Shown in pieces: positions 32,945 to 41,709 of a stretch of DNA of 64,000 bases (positions within the stretch are counted from its first letter, which is position 1; every line of letters begins with the position of its first letter). Below the pieces are notes generated by a model. It saw only the letters and a list, made by a program, of their open reading frames with translations. It ran no database searches and had not been told where the DNA came from. The position numbers were made by a program, and so were the translations under genes. The DNA is from Sedimenticolaceae bacterium (GTDB lineage: Bacteria > Pseudomonadota > Gammaproteobacteria > Chromatiales > Chromatiaceae), in contig OZ245051.1 of the NCBI GenBank assembly GCA_965224515.1, forward strand, positions 3,098,267 through 3,162,266, read 5' to 3'.

Positions 32945-33822
32945 TGATCCGCACCCTTGCGGTTATCGGTGTCGGCCTCATTGGCGGCTCACTGGCACGG
33001 GCTTTGCGCCAGGCCGGTGAAGTTGGCGAGGTCGTGGGCTGTGGCCGGGGCAAGGCAAACCTTGAAAAGGCGGTAGAGCTGGGTGTGATTGACCGCTATA
33101 CCCACGATGTGGGTGAAGCTGTTGCAACTGCCGATATGATATTTCTGGCAGTTCCCCTGGGTGCCATGGAGAGTACGTTTGCCGCCATGAAGGGGCGTCT
33201 CGCAGATGATGCGATTATCACCGATGGCGGCAGTGCAAAACGCAGTGTCATCGATGATTGTCGCGCGGGGCTTGGTTACCTGCCAGAGGGATTCATTCCC
33301 GGACACCCTATCGCCGGCACCGAGAACAGCGGGGTAGAGGCCTCTTTTTCCGAGCTGTACCAAAACCGGCGCATTATCCTGACGCCGACCTCTGAGAGCT
33401 CTCCGGAGGCACTGAAAAAGGTCGAGGCGATGTGGTCTGCATGTGGCGCTGAAGTCACCCGCATGAGCGTGGAACACCACGACGAGGTGTTGGCAGCAAC
33501 CTCCCATCTTCCCCACATGTTGGCATTCGGCCTTGTAGATACCCTGGCCCGGATGAAAGAGAACGACGAAATTTTCCGCTATGCGGCTGGTGGCTTTCGG
33601 GACTTCACCCGTATCGCTTCATCAAACCCCGTGATGTGGCGTGATATCTGTGTCGCAAATCGACACGCACTCGGTGACATCATGGAGCGCTACATAGCCG
33701 AGATGAGCGATCTTGCATCGATTATCCGCCAGGGTGACGGTGACAGGCTGCTGGAGATATTCACTAGGGCCAAAGAGGCCCGTGACCGCTACATTGACGG
33801 TACCCTGGACTCTCCGGAATAG
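32941..33822 (+). CDS. tyrA: Prephenate dehydrogenase (stand-alone, not fused to AroA)
   Basis: 293 aa with VIGVGLIGGSLA. Overlaps the hisC stop (ATGA). Confidence 0.9.
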   Translation: MMIRTLAVIGVGLIGGSLARALRQAGEVGEVVGCGRGKANLEKAVELGVIDRYTHDVGEAVATADMIFLAVPLGAMESTFAAMKGRLADDAIITDGGSAKRSVIDDCRAGLGYLPEGFIPGHPIAGTENSGVEASFSELYQNRRIILTPTSESSPEALKKVEAMWSACGAEVTRMSVEHHDEVLAATSHLPHMLAFGLVDTLARMKENDEIFRYAAGGFRDFTRIASSNPVMWRDICVANRHALGDIMERYIAEMSDLASIIRQGDGDRLLEIFTRAKEARDRYIDGTLDSPE

Positions 33823-33876
33823 TACCCCCCCCTGGCCTGAGGCATGCGCCGTTCCCATATAAGTCATTGATTGCCT

Positions 33877-33922
33877 GTAGGTCGGACTTCAGTCAGACAT
33901 GCCGGGCTGAAGCCCGAAATAC
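33877..33922. repeat. Degenerate REP doublet
   Basis: GTAGGTCGGACTTCAGTCAGAC...CCGGGCTGAAGCCCGAAATAC, with several mismatches to the consensus of arrays 1-4. Confidence 0.7.
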
Positions 33923-34030
33923 AAGAACCCAAGCAGAATGGAGCCAAGCAGCTCGATCTTTCCTGGTGGACATGGCCCCGGTTTTGGCAGAAACTTGTGC
34001 ATTACAGCAAATCCGATCAGGGTGGCCAGA

Positions 34031-34690
34031 ATGCAGGCTTCAGCAAGCACGGCACGATACAGCTTCGGGGAGGAGATAGCACACACCATCACCCACGGTA
34101 TAGGCGCGTTGTTAAGCATCGCGGGTCTTGCGGTACTGGTATCATTTTCAGCGCTCTATGGCGATGCCTGGCACATCACCAGCAGCAGTATCTACGGTGC
34201 GACACTGATACTTCTCTATACAGCATCTGCCCTCTACCACGGTATACCGCTGCCCAGTGCCAAGCGGATTCTTCGCCAGATCGATCATGCCGCAATCTTT
34301 ATTCTGATAGCCGGAACCTATACGCCGTTCACCCTGGTCAATCTACGGGGCAGTTGGGGATGGACCCTGTTTGGGCTGGTCTGGGGGATTGCGATAGCTG
34401 GTGTGGTACTGGAACTGGTCATGCGCAAACGTTATCGCCGCCTCTCCATTGGTCTCTACCTGGGGCTGGGCTGGCTGGTGGTGATTGCAATTGAGCCGAT
34501 GCTGACCAGGGTTGAAACAGGGGGGCTGGTTCTATTGCTGGCCGGTGGTCTCTGCTACTCCCTGGGGGTTGTCTTCTACGTCTGGAGATCCCTGGCCTAC
34601 CATCACGCGGTGTGGCACCTGTTTGTCCTGGTAGGGAGCATTTTTCACTTTTTTTCGGTTCTCTTTTACGTGATCCCCGAAGGTACCTGA
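34031..34690 (+). CDS. trhA: Hemolysin III / PAQR-family membrane protein
   Basis: ORF trimmed to the ATG at 34031. Seven predicted TM helices with EEIAHTITHGIG and HHAVWHLFV motifs. Confidence 0.85.
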   Translation: MQASASTARYSFGEEIAHTITHGIGALLSIAGLAVLVSFSALYGDAWHITSSSIYGATLILLYTASALYHGIPLPSAKRILRQIDHAAIFILIAGTYTPFTLVNLRGSWGWTLFGLVWGIAIAGVVLELVMRKRYRRLSIGLYLGLGWLVVIAIEPMLTRVETGGLVLLLAGGLCYSLGVVFYVWRSLAYHHAVWHLFVLVGSIFHFFSVLFYVIPEGT

Positions 34691-34691
34691 T

Positions 34692-35468
34692 TCAACCTGC
34701 CTGATCCGGTGGCGTCAATGGGATGATCAGACTGTCGAGTATGAGGAACAACCTCTCCATCTCTTCGGGCTTGGAGAGCCGGTGGTCGCCGTTCTCCAGC
34801 AGAACCAACCCGGTGTTATTGCTATCCAGCCGCTCCAGGGTCATACGGGATATCTCCCAGGGAACATCGCGGTCCTCCATGCCATGCAGCATGCGAACCG
34901 GACAGTCGATGGGGATTGAGCCGTCGAGCAGGCAGTGGTCAACGCCCTCATCAATCAGTCTGCGGCCGATGCGATAAGGCTGTTCGTTGTAGTGGGAGGG
35001 AAGTTCTGCGACTCCTTTGGACTCAAGGCTCTGAAGCTGCTCTGTCGTCAGGGCAGGGCGGAGCAGCCGTTCGGTAAAGTCCGTTGCGCAGGCAATGGTT
35101 ACAAGGGCTGCGACGCGGTGGCTGCGCTTCATTGCGAGCAGTAGTGAAATCCAGCCTCCCATGCTCGATCCAACGACGATCTGCGGTCCTCTTGTCACCT
35201 TATCCAGGACGCTGATCGCATCTTCAAGCCAATCACCGATGGAGCCGGACTCAAAGGTGCCGGAAGAGGCGCCATGTCCTGAATAGTCGAAGCGTGTGAA
35301 AGCGGTTCCCCGCTGGTGACACCAACTTTCGAGGGCGAGGGCCTTGGTGCCCGTCATGTCAGACATGAAACCAGCCAGAAAGATCACACCTGGACGGGAG
35401 CCGTCCAGGTGATGGTAAGCGATCTTTCTGTGCTGATCGGTATCAAGATACCGGGGCTGGTCCGGCAT
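34692..35468 (-). CDS. Alpha/beta-fold hydrolase
   Basis: 258 aa with nucleophile elbow GSSMGG. Confidence 0.75.
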   Translation of the reverse strand: MPDQPRYLDTDQHRKIAYHHLDGSRPGVIFLAGFMSDMTGTKALALESWCHQRGTAFTRFDYSGHGASSGTFESGSIGDWLEDAISVLDKVTRGPQIVVGSSMGGWISLLLAMKRSHRVAALVTIACATDFTERLLRPALTTEQLQSLESKGVAELPSHYNEQPYRIGRRLIDEGVDHCLLDGSIPIDCPVRMLHGMEDRDVPWEISRMTLERLDSNNTGLVLLENGDHRLSKPEEMERLFLILDSLIIPLTPPDQAG

Positions 35469-35471
35469 CGG

Positions 35472-35813
35472 TCAGTCAGATTTCTTCTCGTCAGCTGTGA
35501 CTTCCTCGACCTTATCCACAACCGCATCCTTGGCATCGGAGAGGGTCTGCTTCATCTTGTCCCAATCACCCTCTACGGGTTTGGGCAGTCCGGTGTCCTC
35601 TTCGGGTACCTGGTGGCGGTCCTTGTTCATCTCGGTCCATTTATCATTCACTTCCTTGGTGGACCCGGATATGGCTTTCCCGGCGCTCTCTGCTGCTTGC
35701 TTGGCGTGCTCGGCAGCGTCCTTCATATCTTCTTTTGCCTCTTCGCTGCAGCCACCCAGGGCAATCGCCGCAGTCACAACAATCCATTTCAGTTTCATTT
35801 GCACTTTTCTCAT
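35472..35813 (-). CDS. Lys/Glu/Asp-rich lipoprotein, unknown function
   Basis: ORF trimmed to MRKVQMKLKWIVVTAAIALGGC (lipobox LGGC; alternative start at 35798). Confidence 0.6.
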   Translation of the reverse strand: MRKVQMKLKWIVVTAAIALGGCSEEAKEDMKDAAEHAKQAAESAGKAISGSTKEVNDKWTEMNKDRHQVPEEDTGLPKPVEGDWDKMKQTLSDAKDAVVDKVEEVTADEKKSD

Positions 35814-35949
35814 TGAATATTGTTTTTGATTAATGGTCTGCTCCGGCATCGCGGGCTTGTTTTGCGGCCTGTTCTGCCCAGAACAGGTTACTAGCATCCA
35901 CTGTTTTATGTTCAGAGTAAACCACTGCATTGTACAGATTGATTGCCGC

Positions 35950-36132
35950 CTATCTTCGCCAGAATGGCTTCATCGCTTCTGCCTCCGCATCAACCCTGCT
36001 GAGACCGATATCTTTGAGAATATGATCCTCCAGTTGCCGAAGCAGCTGCCTTTGACGGTAGCGGTTTGACCAGCACCCCAGCAGTTGTGCGAAAGTCCTT
36101 ATCAGTGAATGTACCCGGTTCTGCGGTTTCAT
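35950..36132 (-). CDS. DUF1127 small protein
   Basis: 60 aa with the hallmark RRQLRQLEDHILKDIGLSR. Confidence 0.75.
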   Translation of the reverse strand: MKPQNRVHSLIRTFAQLLGCWSNRYRQRQLLRQLEDHILKDIGLSRVDAEAEAMKPFWRR

Positions 36133-36203
36133 TTGTCAGCTCCAGCTGGTTGATTGCCATGCTGGTAACTTATCGATTAAACTGAAAACGTTACAGATAT
36201 ACT

Positions 36204-36277
36204 TGGTATGTAATAATACCAGTACAGATGATGTAACTATCTAACTGTACTGATTAATATCTTCACAAACTGTACTG
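36204..36277. promoter_or_regulatory. Candidate MocR operator cluster in the divergent intergenic region
   Basis: TGGTAT-N6-ATACCA palindrome at 36204-36221. CWGTACWG 8-mers lie at 36220, 36245 and 36270, spaced exactly 25 bp apart. Confidence 0.4.
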
Positions 36278-36294
36278 CTGGAAAGGACTTTGTA

Positions 36295-37713
36295 ATGAAA
36301 AAATATGAACAGCTGGCAGACAGACTGAAACAACAGATTCAAAAAGGCATCTTTCACACGGGTGAAAAACTGCCTTCGATCCGGCACCTGAGCGGACAAT
36401 ACAAGGTAAGCATCTCCACGGTTCAGGAGGCCTTCTACCTGCTTGAGGCCCAGGGGATCGTCGAGGCAAGACTCAAGTCGGGTCACTATGTAAGAGGGCT
36501 TCCTGATGGTCGACCTCCATCACCGCCCAGGGTGCCGGAGTTCAATTTAAAGCCACAGAAAATCAGCAAATGGCTTAAGGTGCTCAATGTCCTGTTCCGG
36601 CGGGAAGAGCCGGGTATCACCTATCTCGGACGGGCCACGCCCAATGTCAGGGCAACAACCCTGAAACCGCTGAACCGTTCACTTGCGGCACTTACCCGAC
36701 GCGGAGACGAACGGGGACTCTCCTATGACTATATGTTCGGTTGCGAAGAGCTGCGCCAGCAGATTGCCCGCATATCCGTCGATTCGGGTTGCGGCCTTTC
36801 ACCCCATGAAGTCGTTATCACCTCCGGTTGCCTGGAGGCCCTCTCCAGTTGTGTGCGGGCACTGACAAAACCGGGTGACACGGTGATCGTTGACTCTCCC
36901 AGTTTTTACGGCTCGCTTCAGGTGATCGAGGCCAATGGCCTGAAGACCATCGAGATGCCGGCTGATCCACAAACAGGGGTGAGTCTCGAAGCGATGGAGC
37001 TCGCTCTGGATAAGTGGCCGGTCAAAGTATGCCTGTTGACTCCCACATTCAATAATCCACTTGGCTACTGTATGCCTGATGAACGCAAGGAGGCCCTGCT
37101 CAAACTGCTGAAACGCTATGAGGTGCCCCTGATCGAGGATGATATCTTTGGCGACCTGGCTTACGACAAGCCTCGCCCAAGGACGATCAAGTCTTTCGAC
37201 CGGGAAGGGAGGGTGTTGCTCTGTTCATCCTTCTCCAAGACACTGGCCCCGGGGTTGAGAGTGGGATGGGTTGCTCCGGGCAGGTATCTGCAGGAGGTGA
37301 TGCATATGAAATATGTATCCAGTATGGGTACGGCAACATTTCCACAATTGGCAGTGGCTGATTTCATTGCCACCGGGGGCTATGATCGACATCTCAAGAG
37401 GATTCGTTCGGAGTACCGCCAGGGCAGGGACCGCATGCTGGAGTGGATAAAGACCTATTTCCCGGAAAATACACGTGTCAGCTGCCCCAAAGGTGGGTTT
37501 CTGCTGTGGCTTGAACTGCCGGAAAATGTGAACGGTGAGGAATTGACCACTAAAGCGATGGAGGCGGGGATCGGGATCGCTTCGGGCAATCTATTCTCTG
37601 CCACGGACAAATTTGACCACCATATCCGCTTAAGCTACGCCAGTGCAGCAACCCATGAAAGAGAGTTGGCAGTCAGGCGGCTCGGAGAACTGATCTGTGA
37701 GATGTCTGGATGA
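36295..37713 (+). CDS. MocR/GabR-type regulator (GntR wHTH fused to a fold-type I aminotransferase domain)
   Basis: 472 aa. LPSIRHLSGQYKVSISTVQEAFYLLEAQGIV plus a PLP-Lys-like SFSKTLAPGLRVGW. Confidence 0.85.
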   Translation: MKKYEQLADRLKQQIQKGIFHTGEKLPSIRHLSGQYKVSISTVQEAFYLLEAQGIVEARLKSGHYVRGLPDGRPPSPPRVPEFNLKPQKISKWLKVLNVLFRREEPGITYLGRATPNVRATTLKPLNRSLAALTRRGDERGLSYDYMFGCEELRQQIARISVDSGCGLSPHEVVITSGCLEALSSCVRALTKPGDTVIVDSPSFYGSLQVIEANGLKTIEMPADPQTGVSLEAMELALDKWPVKVCLLTPTFNNPLGYCMPDERKEALLKLLKRYEVPLIEDDIFGDLAYDKPRPRTIKSFDREGRVLLCSSFSKTLAPGLRVGWVAPGRYLQEVMHMKYVSSMGTATFPQLAVADFIATGGYDRHLKRIRSEYRQGRDRMLEWIKTYFPENTRVSCPKGGFLLWLELPENVNGEELTTKAMEAGIGIASGNLFSATDKFDHHIRLSYASAATHERELAVRRLGELICEMSG

Positions 37714-38333
37714 CAGTTGAAGATCTAAATATTGAGCAGATCAGGGATCTGTTGCTCAGAGGGGCTGACAAGCCCCTTGCAGACCCGTTTCCGGAAAGTT
37801 ATTTCTCTGAGCCTGCAAAGCCGGCAGCCGTGCTGCTGCCGCTGTTTCGCGACAGGGGCGAGTGGCATCTGCTGTTTATTCGTCGCTCACACAATGATGA
37901 TGACCGGCACAGTGGACAGGTGGCTTTTCCGGGTGGGCGGATTGACCCTTCTGACGCTGATGAGATCCATGCCGCCCTGAGAGAGAGTCAGGAGGAGATC
38001 GGCCTGAAGGCGCGGAATATCAGGGTGCTGGGCCAGCTCAGCAGTTATCGTACAGTCAGCAACTACCAGGTGACCCCGGTTGTTGCTGAAATAGAGTGGC
38101 CACTGGAGCTGGTGCCTGACCCGGCAGAGGTGAGCCGTATCTTCTCAATACCCCTGCGTTGGCTTGCAGAACCGCTCAATCGCCGGGTGAACCAGCGTCA
38201 CTTACATGGTTTTGGTGTCTCCATGCCTGTCCATTACTACGAACGCTATGATGACGAGCTCTTATGGGGGGTAACGGCAAAGATAACCGTCGGTTTTTTA
38301 AAGTTGCTGGGTTTGCTCCCCGAAGGGCGCTGA
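37710..38333 (+). CDS. nudL: CoA pyrophosphatase (NUDIX)
   Basis: 207 aa with Nudix box GGRIDPSDADEIHAALRESQEEIGL and the upstream AAVLLPL motif. Start overlaps the MocR stop (ATGA). Confidence 0.8.
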   Translation: MTVEDLNIEQIRDLLLRGADKPLADPFPESYFSEPAKPAAVLLPLFRDRGEWHLLFIRRSHNDDDRHSGQVAFPGGRIDPSDADEIHAALRESQEEIGLKARNIRVLGQLSSYRTVSNYQVTPVVAEIEWPLELVPDPAEVSRIFSIPLRWLAEPLNRRVNQRHLHGFGVSMPVHYYERYDDELLWGVTAKITVGFLKLLGLLPEGR

Positions 38334-38334
38334 A

Positions 38335-38991
38335 TCACTCGCTTGCTGGGGTAACGGTGGTCAGCCCAAGCATCATCCAGCCCTGCATGCCCATTCTGTA
38401 CCATTTCAACTTGTGCGCCGGATAACCCAGGGCCAGCAGTGTGCGAATGCTTGTTGGGGACTGACCGCACCAGGGGCCGTTGCAATAGAGCACCAGGGTT
38501 TTGGCCTTCTGGAAATTCCACAGGTTTTCAGAGAAGGAGGCGCCCAGTTGGAACTCCAGTATCTCGCTGATCGACTTGGGGGTGGACGTTGTCTCATTCA
38601 GGGCCGACCAGGGGATATTCTCGGCACCAGGAATCATGCCCTTTGCAAGCCATTCACCGGTTCTTGAGTCGATTATCATCACAGACTCATCTCCGGAAGA
38701 GATACGCTTGATGTAATCGATCAACTCGATTTCCCCAATGGTTTCAACACCATCGGACAGCTTTACCGGTTGGATGCAAAACGGGGGGCAGGCCCTTGAA
38801 GTGAGTGCAAAATCGAGGTCCACCATGTTTTCCGTGTCCTGATTCCGCTCAATACGAAGGGGTTTCCCGTCGATTTGAACCTCAACAAAAGGTATCTCTG
38901 GCGTGATATTTACAGGATGCTCATCGTCAGCTGCCGATGAAGCTGTAACAAATGTAATAAGGGTTAGAGAAACCAGCCAGCGGTTGATCAT
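38335..38991 (-). CDS. Periplasmic rhodanese-domain protein
   Basis: 218 aa with a signal peptide and active-site loop LVLYCNGPWCGQS. Confidence 0.75.
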   Translation of the reverse strand: MINRWLVSLTLITFVTASSAADDEHPVNITPEIPFVEVQIDGKPLRIERNQDTENMVDLDFALTSRACPPFCIQPVKLSDGVETIGEIELIDYIKRISSGDESVMIIDSRTGEWLAKGMIPGAENIPWSALNETTSTPKSISEILEFQLGASFSENLWNFQKAKTLVLYCNGPWCGQSPTSIRTLLALGYPAHKLKWYRMGMQGWMMLGLTTVTPASE

Positions 38992-39167
38992 CGATCAAAT
39001 ACCTCGAGAAAATAATTCACATGGATCCGGATCTCAAGTGTAGGCTTTTTTTTGCTTTTCAAATACCTTAAAAATACAAGACAATCCTTTTCTGCCCAGC
39101 ATGGATTGCAACTGATAGAATAGGCCCTCATATGGATTTTGGATCCATCCAGGTATAGAGAGATCAG

Positions 39168-40718
39168 ATGAGCCAGGTTTCGGGTGAAAATCCTGATATA
39201 GCAATCGATGACGAACCCATGAGGACTGATTTAAACGATCAGGAGTCAGGCTCCGTCACGCAGATAATAAACGGCACATCGCTTCCCCTGGCACTGAAAT
39301 GGTCCATCAGTATCGCAGCACTGATCGTTCTCATCATGGGGCTTTTGGGCTGGTTCCTTATCAACCAGGAAGAGTCTGCATTTCAGCGCCAAAGCGCCCT
39401 CATGGGCAGGGTGGTCGTCGCACAGATGGCCCGGTCCGCCGGTGAACCGCTGCTGGCAGATGACGATTTGGCCCTGAAAGTACTGGTGAGCCAGCAGGAG
39501 AAGACATCTCTGATAGTCGGTATCCAGGTATTCGATCGTGAAGGCAATGTGCGAGTGGGAGCAGGGCTATCACCCTTCGGAGCTGATCGGGTTGCGGTTG
39601 GTATTCATCCGGTATTCAGTACAGAGATGCCAAGTGGCATGCCTTGGGTTAGAGGTGGAACCACGGCCGTCTCCTTTGGCAGCGAGGTGCGTTTCAGGGA
39701 TGTTGTTGCCGGCTATGTGCTTATCAGCCTTGACCGAACACCATTTGAGGAGGACCAGGCGCGACTGGTCAATGCGCTACTTGCCACCACGGTTGGATTG
39801 ATTCTGCTGGGAGTGATTCTGGCTGTTCCTCTGGCTCACCGGTTATGCCAGCCGATTTACAGGCTGGTGGAAGCGGGTGAGGCACTGCACAGTGGCGATA
39901 CCACGCAGTTTGCTGCCGAGGAGCAGGGGCGTGGTGATGAAATCGGCCGTGTTCTCGATATATTTCACGACATGGCGGATGGGCTGAAAGAGAAAAAGCT
40001 GGTGGAGGATGTCCTCAATCGACACGTATCTCCGAACGTCGCCCAGAAACTGCTGGCCTCTGACGATGAATCCATGCCGTTGGGTGGGATCACAACTACG
40101 GGTAGCGTCCTCTTCTGTGATGTTGTCGGGTTTACCGAGATTTCGGAAAAGCTCACACCGGAAGAGCTGATGTCGCTTCTGAATCACTATTTCAGCTTCT
40201 TTGCCGTTGCCGGAAGCAGTTGCAATGGAACCGTGGACAAGTTTATCGGTGACTGCGTCATGATCCTGTTCGGAGTACCCGAGCCCGATGAAATGCACGG
40301 CCTGCATGCTGCAACCTGTGCGGTCCTTATGCAGGAGATAGCCACCAGGATCAGCCGTCGGCGGGAAGCCGTAGGGCTGCCGACGGTCACATTCCGTATA
40401 GGTATCAACAGTGGATCGGTTCTGGCCGGCAACCTGGGCAGTGCGGATCGCATGCAGTTCACGGTTGTCGGTGACGTAGTCAACGTCGCTTCCAGGATTT
40501 GCGATCTGTGCGATCCTGGTAAAATACTGGTTACCGAAGAGACAGCGGGACAATCGTCCGTCAATAATACAATGTCTTTTATTCGAAAAGAGAGCGTGAC
40601 TGTAAAGGGACGCAGCAGAAACGTCGAGTTGTTGGAGATGAAACAGGGCAGCTTCAGGCAGCACAGCCTGATCAAACAGCATCTGGAGGCGATTCTGCCA
40701 GAGGACCAGGTACTATGA
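39168..40718 (+). CDS. Membrane class III adenylate/guanylate cyclase (2 TM, periplasmic sensor, HAMP, CYC)
   Basis: 516 aa with VLFCDVVGFTEISE and KFIGDCVMILFG metal/substrate motifs. Confidence 0.85.
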   Translation: MSQVSGENPDIAIDDEPMRTDLNDQESGSVTQIINGTSLPLALKWSISIAALIVLIMGLLGWFLINQEESAFQRQSALMGRVVVAQMARSAGEPLLADDDLALKVLVSQQEKTSLIVGIQVFDREGNVRVGAGLSPFGADRVAVGIHPVFSTEMPSGMPWVRGGTTAVSFGSEVRFRDVVAGYVLISLDRTPFEEDQARLVNALLATTVGLILLGVILAVPLAHRLCQPIYRLVEAGEALHSGDTTQFAAEEQGRGDEIGRVLDIFHDMADGLKEKKLVEDVLNRHVSPNVAQKLLASDDESMPLGGITTTGSVLFCDVVGFTEISEKLTPEELMSLLNHYFSFFAVAGSSCNGTVDKFIGDCVMILFGVPEPDEMHGLHAATCAVLMQEIATRISRRREAVGLPTVTFRIGINSGSVLAGNLGSADRMQFTVVGDVVNVASRICDLCDPGKILVTEETAGQSSVNNTMSFIRKESVTVKGRSRNVELLEMKQGSFRQHSLIKQHLEAILPEDQVL

Positions 40719-41686
40719 GGGGAAGACTCGGATGGTGCCTGCTTGTCAGTGTGATTTTTCTGACCGGCTGCCAGCAGCTTCAGATCAAGGGCGAGGATTT
40801 GGGCCCAATCGATGCGCCGCAAGCGCTCGATCAATCCCGGCTGTTGGTCAAGCAGGGCCGCTGGGAAGAGGCAATCGTCCTGCTGGAACATGCCAAAAAT
40901 CTACATCCTGACAATAAAGCCATTGGCGATGCCCTGGTTACATCACGTAACGAGTGGCATGTCAGACAGCGAACTCTCGAAGACCTGATACTGATCTATG
41001 AAACCGATGCGCTGTACAGAAAAATCCCCGTCATGGAGAAACTCCTGAAGGCACAACCCAAGAGTTACTTTATCGACTCAAAGTTGCTTATCTGGAAACG
41101 GGAATTGAAGGGGAGTGTGGGTGACCTGCTGGCCTGTGGCAGCTTCCATTTGGATGAAAGCCTGAGGATCTCCAAGCTCTGCCTTGAACTGGCAAAAAAG
41201 ATCGAGCCAGGTTCCCAGACCGAGGCCTTATACGACATGGCCATGCAGCGCGAGGAGCATAAGGTAAAAAAAGAGCAGAAGAGAAAAGCCGATGAGCAGA
41301 AGAAAAAACGGGTGGTTGCAGCCGTCTCAAGAGCTGGAACAATTAAGCAGTTGTCGGCCAAGGCGGAGGCTTTGGCAGAATCAGGTAACTACCCGGACGC
41401 CATGACGGCGATGAACAGTGCTATCAAGCTAGACCCCAATAACGGCGATCTGAAGCAGAAAAGACAGGCGCTGCAGATTTTGATTGATGAGCAGGTGGTG
41501 GAATTGGATGCAGTGGCTGAGCGCCTCTACCGGGAGGAGCACCTGGAAGCAGCGGTGGCCGCCTGGGAAACAGCGTTAAAACTCTCCCCCGGCAGTCACG
41601 AGATAACGGCCAAGATAAAACGCGCAAAGACTGTTCTGAAAAAGATCCAGCACTTGGAATCCACCAAGACGGGAGCTAACCGTTAA
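40715..41686 (+). CDS. TPR-repeat lipoprotein
   Basis: 323 aa with lipobox FLTGC. TPR-like helices and a central K/E-rich coiled segment. Start overlaps the cyclase stop. Confidence 0.7.
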   Translation: MRGRLGWCLLVSVIFLTGCQQLQIKGEDLGPIDAPQALDQSRLLVKQGRWEEAIVLLEHAKNLHPDNKAIGDALVTSRNEWHVRQRTLEDLILIYETDALYRKIPVMEKLLKAQPKSYFIDSKLLIWKRELKGSVGDLLACGSFHLDESLRISKLCLELAKKIEPGSQTEALYDMAMQREEHKVKKEQKRKADEQKKKRVVAAVSRAGTIKQLSAKAEALAESGNYPDAMTAMNSAIKLDPNNGDLKQKRQALQILIDEQVVELDAVAERLYREEHLEAAVAAWETALKLSPGSHEITAKIKRAKTVLKKIQHLESTKTGANR

Positions 41687-41709
41687 CTCTCCCGAATTCG
41701 GTTAAACTC

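Noticed and set aside
39168-41686. The cyclase operon as a Pycsar/CBASS-like anti-phage signalling system.
   Set aside because: The cyclase is a membrane sensor (2 TM plus HAMP) of the ordinary signal-transduction type. The coupled gene is a TPR lipoprotein, not a TIR, TM-pore, nuclease or patatin effector. There is no CD-NTase fold and no mobile-element context.
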